A stretch of 50,071 nt of DNA from a virus. The translations under genes were made by a program, and so were the position numbers. The stretch covers positions 1 to 50,071 of IMG/VR virus record IMGVR_UViG_3300001598_000010, one strand, 5' to 3'. Below, piece by piece: positions 17,137-25,000 of this stretch. Positions within the stretch are counted from its first letter, which is position 1. Each line of letters starts with the position of its first letter. The notes beneath the pieces were generated by a model. That model ran no database searches. It was not told the DNA's origin and saw only the letters and a list, made by a program, of their open reading frames with translations.

Positions 17137-17668
17137 TGTCTGGTTCGTGATGGTGATGGTGTTCCGGATGGTTGTGTTCGCGCTTCCTGTCCTCTGGGTC
17201 TTTCAGGTCTGACAGATCAATGTCGAAATGTCTTTCCGTCTTGTCAATCATAATCTTCTGGCAAACCTTTGCCCATTTTGCATTGTTGCAAGAAGATTCG
17301 TTTTCAAGGATTGACCACACTTGCCAGAAACAGACCGCACCGGCAACGATATTCGGCAACTTGATGTCGGCTTCCTCAAATATGATGCTTTCCACCAAAG
17401 CTGCAAGAATGATTGCCGCGAACACTTTTATCATCGTGACAAACACCTTTCCCATTTCTTGTGATTTGAACTTTCCGGTTGCTTGTTCCGGGAATTTCGC
17501 CTTGACACGCTTTGACAGTTCCCAAGCCGAATAGCAATCGGCAAGGATAAGCAACACACAGATGATGGCGAATGGGAATATCGGTTGAAGAAATGCCCAA
17601 GCCGCACCAAGCATTGCGAAAAGGATCTGCCACAATCGGTCAAAGAATATTCGGAAGAATTCATTCAT
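17114..17668 (-). CDS. Holin (multi-TM, SILEN motif) with a His-rich C-terminal tail
   Basis: Start refined to the ATG at 17668 (MNEFFRIFF...). Three or four hydrophobic helices, a WSILENESS motif and a tail [13 protein letters not shown]. It lies directly upstream of the endolysin. Confidence 0.65.
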   Translation of the reverse strand: MNEFFRIFFDRLWQILFAMLGAAWAFLQPIFPFAIICVLLILADCYSAWELSKRVKAKFPEQATGKFKSQEMGKVFVTMIKVFAAIILAALVESIIFEEADIKLPNIVAGAVCFWQVWSILENESSCNNAKWAKVCQKIMIDKTERHFDIDLSDLKDPEDRKREHNHPEHHHHHEPDIDDYGES

Positions 17669-17673
17669 AACAC

Positions 17674-18090
17674 CTATGTAAATTGGAAGCACTTGCCCAC
17701 TTTGACAATTGTGGTGTCCATTGGGAAAAGATTGATTGGTTTCAATCCGTTTTCCTTGCGTTGTGCATTTATGGTCGGCAAATTGGCTTGCGCCTTTTGG
17801 ATGGTCGTAATCAATATGTCCGAACCCGTGAAGCAAGAACGCCTTTCACCGATGGCATCACCATTGGAATCCTTGGTGAAGTAATCACCTTGCTGATCTG
17901 GTTGCTGATTGAATGTCGCAAGACAAACTTACATCTGCATACACAGACCATTTGCGGTCTTTCCCGGATATTTTGAATTGGTAATGATGACCTTTTCGAT
18001 AAGAATTCTTCTGTCAAAAAGTTCATCAATGTCTATTGACTTACCAATCACCGCTTCTGATGAAACACCAAGTTCACTAAATCTTGCCAT
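17674..18090 (-). pseudogene. 138-codon reading frame interrupted by a single in-frame TAA (17929-17931)
   Basis: Hand translation gives MARFSELGVSS...GKTANGLCMQM, then TAA, then VCLATFNQQPDQQGDYFTKDSNGDAIGERRSCFTGSDILITTIQKAQANLPTINAQRKENGLKPINLFPMDTTIVKVGKCFQFT. The second half looks coding but has no start codon that would cover it. Confidence 0.45.
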
Positions 18091-18108
18091 AATGAAGTGC
18101 TTCAATTG

Positions 18109-18495
18109 TTAAACATCAAGTGTCCGGTCAAGCAATTCGGCAACATCCTTGCGGAAAGTAAGGAATTCACGATATTCGGCAACAGCCTGTTCGTTTTCCT
18201 CAATTCCAAGAATGTGTGAATTGTAGGCATTGACAAGTGCGAATTCTTCCGATTCGTTCAGGACTGAACGCAGAATGGCGTGCTTGCAAGCATCCTTGGT
18301 GATTTCGTTCCAAACGATGACTTTATAACACTTCCAACCCACCTGAACGGGTTCTGTTGCGCCCTCTGGTGTGTTGTATTCCGCTTCGATGTTGAACCGG
18401 TAATAATAGAAACCCTGAACATCCCTTTCGGTGATGGCGGGTCTGCCGTGCGCCATATCATAATGGGCATTTGGCTCTAACGAATCTAATCTCAT
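18109..18495 (-). CDS. Hypothetical protein immediately downstream of the DGR reverse transcriptase
   Basis: 128 aa, or 115 aa from the ATG at 18456, which lies 1 nt after the RT stop. Acidic and not obviously helical-bundle. No motif recognised. Confidence 0.55.
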   Translation of the reverse strand: MRLDSLEPNAHYDMAHGRPAITERDVQGFYYYRFNIEAEYNTPEGATEPVQVGWKCYKVIVWNEITKDACKHAILRSVLNESEEFALVNAYNSHILGIEENEQAVAEYREFLTFRKDVAELLDRTLDV

Positions 18496-19489
18496 AAGGA
18501 AATGATTTTTGAAGTTTGTTAATCAGGTTCTTCGAATTGCCGTATTTGCACCACCCCCACCAAGAACAAATGTTCTGTTTGTAGGCTTTTTCTTCGACAA
18601 GAACCTTTGATCTGTTCAGCATTGCCACCCGGCGGCAAAGTGCTTGTTTGATACCTTTCCGCAACAATGTATATCCGTGAAAGAACACATAACCCAAGAA
18701 GTCAACACCCCTTGAATCGGTCGGAAAGACTTGGTAATTCTTCTTGACTTTCAGTTTCAGGTTCACGCGCATATATTCACGGATGTCGTGCATCAAGGCG
18801 TGAAGTTCTTCTTTGGTGGATGCGAAGATGGTTATATCATCCGCATACCTGAAAAAGTATTTGACCCGCTTGACCTCTTTCAGCCAATGGTCAAAATATG
18901 TCAAGTAAAGATTTGCGAAGTATTGTGAAAGATAGTTCCCAATGGGAACGCCACTTTCAACGGAATCAATGATTTCATCCAGAAGATTCAAAAGGCGTTC
19001 ATCCTTAATCTTTCTTCGCAAGATCTGTTTCAGGATGGTATGGTCAATTGACGGATAAAACTTCTTGATGTCCAATTTAAGACAGTATCTTGTTCCCTCT
19101 GGGTCTTTCTTCAAGGCAAAGCGCACATCCCTTGCGCAAGCGTGGATTCCACGATTCTTGATGCAAGAATATGTGTTCGCCACGAACAATTTGACCCAGA
19201 TGGGTTCAAGAACATTCATAATGGCGTGATGCAAGATTCTGTCCGGATAATACGGCAAGCGGAAAATCAAGCGTTCCTTGGGTTCGAAAATTGTGAAAGT
19301 CTGGTATTTTGAAGTGTGGTATGTTCCATTTACCAACGCTTCGTGCAAAGCAACAAGATTGGCTTCACGATTGCGGTCGTGAATCCTCACGCCAATGGAA
19401 TTCTTCTTGTTCTTGCGTGCTTTGGCATCCGCAAGTTCCAAGTTTTCCATTGACACGATCTGGTCAAATAAGCCATTCAATCTTTTCAT
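18458..19489 (-). CDS. DGR-type reverse transcriptase
   Basis: 343 aa. RT motifs include IGNYLSQYFANLYL (the DGR-typical SQxxAN context) and RYADDITIF (YxDD). A template repeat lies 167 bp upstream. Confidence 0.92.
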   Translation of the reverse strand: MKRLNGLFDQIVSMENLELADAKARKNKKNSIGVRIHDRNREANLVALHEALVNGTYHTSKYQTFTIFEPKERLIFRLPYYPDRILHHAIMNVLEPIWVKLFVANTYSCIKNRGIHACARDVRFALKKDPEGTRYCLKLDIKKFYPSIDHTILKQILRRKIKDERLLNLLDEIIDSVESGVPIGNYLSQYFANLYLTYFDHWLKEVKRVKYFFRYADDITIFASTKEELHALMHDIREYMRVNLKLKVKKNYQVFPTDSRGVDFLGYVFFHGYTLLRKGIKQALCRRVAMLNRSKVLVEEKAYKQNICSWWGWCKYGNSKNLINKLQKSFPYEIRFVRAKCPL

Positions 19490-19773
19490 TCCTTTGCTTG
19501 AATATTAGGATTCTTCGGTCTTTCAACCTACCAAAACCGTTTTTCGATATGTACTTTTTTGCCCTTGTGGTTTTTCACACAAGACATTCGCCACCCATTG
19601 TGGCGTTTTTGTGGCACGGTTTCCGGTGCAAGGTTCTTCCCAGATCATATATTTCCAAGCATAGCTGAGAACCGATATTCGCATTCGTATTCGACCACGA
19701 ATTATTCGAATTCGAGTAAACGAACCCCGCATTCGCACCATTATTCGCATTACCGCTGAAACACAAGGCACGC
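19490..19773 (-). ncRNA. Putative DGR template RNA (TR plus structured spacer leading into the RT gene)
   Basis: TR at 19657-19773, followed by a 167-nt non-coding spacer. The spacer has stem-loops CGCCAC/GTGGCG (19589-19605) and CTTGTG/CACAAG (19564-19583). Confidence 0.55.
19657..19773 (-). repeat. DGR template repeat (TR)
   Basis: 117 bp. In the VR frame it reads ...CFSGNANNGANAGFVYSNSNNSWSNTNANIGSQLCL, rich in AAT (Asn) codons. It matches VR1 over 117 bp and VR2 over 77 bp. Confidence 0.9.
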
Positions 19774-19853
19774 AACACCGGACAACCAATTCATTCATAC
19801 TTTCAAATTTTCTCTTTCCACATTCGTATTATGTCGTGCTTCGCACTCCCGGA

Positions 19854-21173
19854 TTACGGAATAAAGCAAAGCCGAGAACCGAAATACGCAGACGTACCCG
19901 ACCACGAATAATACGAATTCGAGTAAACGAACCCCGCATCCGCACCAGAATGCGCATAACCGCCGAAACACAAGGCACGCGAAGCCACACCAGAATCCGG
20001 GATGGCTGTATAGAAGTAATCACAGAAGTATGTGGTTGAACCGCCACCGATTTCCTTTGGCATAATGTCACCATTATCATCAAACAGAATGGATTTGATG
20101 TAACCGGAACTTCTTGGAAGATTACCGATGAAAGTGTAACCGGTCAATTCGGATGCGCTTGTGTTGAACTTTGACGGGTCATCACAAGTATAGAACTTCG
20201 ATTCGCCATCATCACCGGCGGCAATCAGAATCTTCGTTCCGTCAACCCACTTGAAGATATGACCGAAAGGATTTTCCACACCGCGATATAACGGAACACT
20301 TGTGGTGTATGCGCCACCATAAGCGGTTGCCTGTTCTTCATTAAAGGAGAACGAAACGACACCAGACTTGTTGCCAAGGCTGTTGGTATATCCGCACGGG
20401 ATGAACGGATTATAACTGTTGTAAGTGTTCCATTTCGTTGAAATGATGTTGGACACACCATCACCCAAGCCGCCCTGACGGTAACCCTCTGGTGTAAGGG
20501 ATGCGTTGAATGCTTTCTGTGAATGGAATGTGCAATATTCAACGGCGAAAAGCCAGAACAACTTGCGTTCCTGTTGATAAAGCATCATATTCCACTTGCT
20601 TTCACCGCTTGCGCCACGATTGCGGGCATAAGTGCGGAAGTTGGTCGGCGAAATAGATGTTGCCGGTTTTCCGAGAAGTGAACGATAAGTTTCATCCCAT
20701 CCGGAAGTGTTGTTTCCACCGCGAAAATCGGTGGTCAGATTGACAACGGAAGCCATCTTGTTGTTGGAACGCTGCACGGTTGCTTCATACGCGCCAACAT
20801 AATCCTTTGACCACTTCTTGAAGCCGGGCAAAGCATAAGTTGACATCAAGCAACGCTGCACATCACCATCCTGTTCGAAACGAACATACATATCCGGAAT
20901 TTCGACCATTACTTGTCCATCAGTTCCATCAAGCACGGCATCCGCGCCGGTCGTGGTCTTTGTGGAATCGTTGGCATCCAGATAATAGTTGACAGATCCG
21001 TCATCGTTGAGCAAGCAACGGCGCATCTGTGACTGAATCGGCAATGTGTTGTGCAAAACGGTCTTTCCTATTCTGGTGGGTTCACCAGAAGATTGGACAC
21101 TCCATTGAATGCCGTAATAGGCATCATAAGGAAAAGCGGGTCTTGTTGACCCTACACCAATGACAAGTCCCAT
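19854..21173 (-). CDS. DGR target 1: tail-fibre/receptor-binding-like protein with a C-terminal variable C-type-lectin-like region
   Basis: 439 aa. The C-terminus ...GGYAHSGADAGFVYSNSYYSWSGTSAYFGSRLCFIP is encoded by VR1. It lies at the distal end of the tail module. Confidence 0.85.
   Translation of the reverse strand: MGLVIGVGSTRPAFPYDAYYGIQWSVQSSGEPTRIGKTVLHNTLPIQSQMRRCLLNDDGSVNYYLDANDSTKTTTGADAVLDGTDGQVMVEIPDMYVRFEQDGDVQRCLMSTYALPGFKKWSKDYVGAYEATVQRSNNKMASVVNLTTDFRGGNNTSGWDETYRSLLGKPATSISPTNFRTYARNRGASGESKWNMMLYQQERKLFWLFAVEYCTFHSQKAFNASLTPEGYRQGGLGDGVSNIISTKWNTYNSYNPFIPCGYTNSLGNKSGVVSFSFNEEQATAYGGAYTTSVPLYRGVENPFGHIFKWVDGTKILIAAGDDGESKFYTCDDPSKFNTSASELTGYTFIGNLPRSSGYIKSILFDDNGDIMPKEIGGGSTTYFCDYFYTAIPDSGVASRALCFGGYAHSGADAGFVYSNSYYSWSGTSAYFGSRLCFIP
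19864..19980 (-). repeat. DGR variable repeat 1 (VR1)
   Basis: Hand alignment to the TR gives 117 bp with 16 mismatches, all at TR adenines on the coding strand. Confidence 0.9.
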
Positions 21174-21174
21174 T

Positions 21175-21453
21175 TTACAGTCCCCATTTAAGATTTAAGG
21201 TATTGGGATATGAAGTGGATTTCACAACCCGTTTAACAATTTCAGGATTCCACCCTACTTCGAACAATGTGGTGACGGTTTCGTTGTCACCCATCCCGGC
21301 AAGCTGCACTTCAAGCGTAACCGCCGATTCTCCATCGTTCTTGATGTTGAATGCCGTTCCATCAGGCATCTTGAAATCGGTTGTTCCAAGATTGCTGATT
21401 GAACCCATTCGCGCAATTTGTGGTGAACAAACTTCACCGGTTCTTGTTTCCAT
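21175..21453 (-). CDS. Hypothetical protein preceding DGR target 1
   Basis: 92-aa ORF. Its stop lies 1 nt from the target gene start. Confidence 0.55.
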   Translation of the reverse strand: METRTGEVCSPQIARMGSISNLGTTDFKMPDGTAFNIKNDGESAVTLEVQLAGMGDNETVTTLFEVGWNPEIVKRVVKSTSYPNTLNLKWGL

Positions 21454-21476
21454 ACAAATGAAGAATTAAAGTTTCA

Positions 21477-21511
21477 CAAAAATAAGCAAATGATGTATCA
21501 TTATGATACAT
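21477..21511 (-). promoter_or_regulatory. Candidate promoter box plus a 19-bp palindrome upstream of the DGR operon
   Basis: The minus strand reads TATTTTTG (21484-21477), matching TAnnTTTG, 24 nt before the ATG at 21453. An adjacent perfect palindrome ATGTATCAT-T-ATGATACAT lies at 21493-21511. Confidence 0.35.
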
Positions 21512-21569
21512 TGTTCAAAACCAATCCGTAACTTCCAAACCCGGATGGAAGCACGGATGGTTTGATCTG

Positions 21570-22001
21570 TCACTTTCCGTTCTTGAACTTGCGGAATTTC
21601 TTCAACAATTTCCCCTGACCATTGAACGCTTCGATTTCCCAAGGTCGGCTTTCATACGGATATTCCGATGCGTATGTCTGACCTTTCCAAGTGAACACCT
21701 TGGTGTCCACATTCAAGGAAAGCTGACCTTTGATGTATTGCCCCAAATGAATCATTTCGTGGCAAAGAATAAGGTTCAACGGGTCACTTGGGTGTTCTCT
21801 CAACATAAGGTTATAAACGCCCGGCGCGGGTGATTTGTGAAGCAAACCATTCACGCGATATTCCCTTGTGCTGAAACGGTCAAGCAACTTGTCATTCTTC
21901 GTGATGACCACTTCCGCATCACTTATGCCCAATTGCTTTGCGGCAAATTCAAGCAATGCGGAAATGTCATCAATGTCTGTGTAATTTGTAATCTTGAACA
22001 T
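21570..22001 (-). CDS. Small HExxH zinc-metallopeptidase-like protein (SprT-like motif)
   Basis: 143 aa from the ATG at 22001. Motif LILCHEMIHLGQY. Confidence 0.5.
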   Translation of the reverse strand: MFKITNYTDIDDISALLEFAAKQLGISDAEVVITKNDKLLDRFSTREYRVNGLLHKSPAPGVYNLMLREHPSDPLNLILCHEMIHLGQYIKGQLSLNVDTKVFTWKGQTYASEYPYESRPWEIEAFNGQGKLLKKFRKFKNGK

Positions 22002-22012
22002 CTTTCCGTGTG

Positions 22013-25000
22013 TTATAGTGCAACCCATCCAGATCCACGATTGATCTGGACACCGTTTGCCCTTGTGATACGAAGTCCAATTGCGCTTCCGGATGATGAT
22101 AATCCTTGCAAAAGAATTGTCGGCGTGCCACTATCAAGCGCGAACACGGCGGAAAAACTGTTGCCAAGATGGATTGCAATGCCATTCGCGCCTATCTGGA
22201 TTGATTGAAGCGTTGCGGATGTAATGATGACATTGCCGGTTGATTCGTTCTGGAATGATACGGAAATCCAATTGCCATACCAATCTTCTGGGTCAACCCA
22301 CCATTCCCAAGATGCGCTTACCTTGATTTCGTAAGTACCCGCGCCCAAAGTCAAAGTTCCGCCATTGTATGTTATGCCCTTTGAACCTTGGTTTTGCGCC
22401 AACACAACCCGTGAACCGGATGATTGATTTATGACATAGATAAACATCGAATTCATATCAATCGTGCCGCCATAGTACCCTTGTTGTTCATCTTCCGAAA
22501 TCTCAATTCTTGGGATATTGACTTGTGTTCCGGCTGATTGAACCGTGAATGTACAAATGGACATTTCGCCCTGGTCTTGACCGCTTTGTCCTTTTTGCGA
22601 ATAAGTGTCACCCATCCACGATTGTTTCAATGGGAACGATGCGGTTGGTGTTCCGATGTCAATATCTTCACCCTTGACCAACAGCTTCTGGTTGTTGTTG
22701 GCATCGTACATTGTCATTTCGTTGTTCTGGATGATGATTCGCTTTCCGGTTTCGGCGGTTCGCAGAATACGGATAACGGCGTTATCAATCACAGCTTCGG
22801 CGGCAAACAAGAATCCGGTCGCAATGTTCTCATAACTTGCACCGAACTGTTCCCAATATGAAGTATTGGTTGGCAATACGCTGACAAAAGGTGATTGTGG
22901 CGCATCCGGTCTGGCACGATAATACGCGCCTTGGTATTTGACCACATCACAACGATAGTCGCACCCATAATATGTGGCGGTGCTTGCATATTCACCGCGA
23001 TATGGTGATGATGGTGATTTACCATCCTGACCATCTTGCCCGTCTTGTCCATCCTGTCCGTCACGACCATCGTTTCCGTTGTTTCCATCTTGTCCGGAAA
23101 GAAGAACCGGTGTTGTCCAAGTTCCGGCAACGCCACTTGCAGAAACAACCGCGCAAGTCATCCAAGTTCTTGGTGTGTCAAGAATCTTCACGACAATCTT
23201 GTCATCGTTGGCAACCGATGAACCATCCTTGGTGTAACCGACATAAAAGAAATGCGTTCCGGCGGATTCAATGTTGATTGTCACAAGCGCACTTTGCGTT
23301 CCGGACACCCTTGCAAGGTAACTTGATGTACTGTGCGCCGAATCATCAAGATTGCAGATATATCCGAAATCATAATTGGCTTCTGATGATGCGAAGATTC
23401 GAACCATCACTTTGGTGTTCGCCTTGGTGGTCACGATCTGAATCTTTTCCCAAGTTGCACCGGAATGACCGATGGCGTTTGATGTCAAGGTCTTTCCATT
23501 GACAACCCAATCACCGGTGTATGTAGGCGAAACGATGTCACAGATCGGTGGCGCATCATTCCATCCGGTCGGAATCGGTGATGTGCTTGTCGGCTTTGCC
23601 GGTTGCGATTCGGCGGCTTGGAACACAAAGGAAGTATGTGAACCATCCGTTCCATCTGTTCCATCCGTTCCGTCTTGTCCATCTTCACCAACGATTTTTA
23701 TTGCCGAACTCCAAGACCCAGAACCGACCCTTTCACGCATATACTTGTCACCACTCTGGAACGAAGAATGCCAAGAAGAACTTCCGTTCACCGAAAATTG
23801 GACTTCGATGCTTGAACCATCCGTTCCATTAGAACCGGGTTCACCTTTTTCGCCCTTGATTTTGCTGATTTCCCAAGAACCCCAAGTTCCGTTCTTGCAC
23901 TTGCGCATTGCCATCCAGATGTCGGAAGATGTTGCGGTGTTGTGCCAATTGCTTGGGTTGGATGTAGGGTTGCCCGGATTGGAAGAAACGGCGGAATATT
24001 CAAAGTCAATGTCAGCCGTGTCCGTTGCCACTTGTGGAGTTGTCCACGCTGCCTGTTGCGGTGTCAGTCCGTCACTTGTGAAGATTCTGGTTGACATCCA
24101 CAATTGCGCTTCACCTGATGGAACGCCATCACTCCACCCGGATGGAACGGGTGAAGCATACGAACCGCCCGTTGGCGTTGATGGCGTGGTGTTAGTGCGC
24201 TTGAAAACAATGGACTTGAATGTTGACTGTCCATCTGCACCATCTTCACCATCTTGACCATCTTCGCCGGGGTCACCCTTGTCACCTTTCGCGCCACCGG
24301 ATGCATACACTTTCCAATATGCCGTTTCGGTCACCGCGTGACCCTTGGTTGGCGTTGAATTGATGTACATATATGTTGCCGATGTCGTTCCATCAGAATA
24401 TGTCACGGTGTCACCGGAATAATACATCGTTTGCGCGTTCCAATCACCGCGATAGACCGGCATATCATAGGCTTCGCCAGATCCGGACACAATCTTGACA
24501 TTGCGCATTGAGAACTGACCGTTCCGGGTCACATTCCAATCAATGTAGCAAGAATCATTGCCGAACCGGATTTTGTTTTCATCCAAATCAATGTAATTCT
24601 TTCCATCGGCACTTTGGATTCTTCCGGTCGTGATGTAACGCCCGTTAATCATCGTGAAGCCGTATGACAAGGAAATGTCACGGATTCCCAATTCGGAATC
24701 AACGGCGTGAAGAACGCCAATCCAGAAATGGTAATAATCCGGATCTGATTCGCAAGGGATCTGTTGCGTACTGAACAGAATCGTTCCGGCATTGGTTGAC
24801 CTTGAACATTTCGCATAAATATAGAACGCATCCGAATCTTTCTGGAATGTGAATGTATTGTTCGCCAATGTCCACGACACCGCCTGTTGTTCATCAATGG
24901 TGTAGTGAACAAGCGTGCCGCCGGTGACTTTCATTGAATTCTTGTTGCCGCCGAAATTCGGTTCAAAGACAGTTCCCACCAATCCAAACTGCATTGACTT

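Noticed and set aside
17811-18029. 72-aa track ORF
   Set aside because: It overlaps the much more protein-like interrupted frame 17674-18090 and its own text looks non-coding.
19836-19846. Short hairpin GTGC-TTC-GCAC just 3' of VR1 as the DGR target-recognition hairpin
   Set aside because: The stem is only 4 bp and no equivalent structure lies at the same distance from VR2. It is too weak to call.
19575-20083. Track ORFs 19575-19778, 19523-19798 and 19829-20083 over the TR and VR1
   Set aside because: The first is the TR read in the VR frame, with no plausible independent gene context. The others are alternative frames of the repeat DNA.
23472-24257. 261-aa plus-strand ORF with PSVPSVPSV repeats
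   Set aside because: It is the antisense reading of the collagen-like GTDGTDGTDG segments of the 1547-aa tail gene. The tail gene frame is uninterrupted and far longer.
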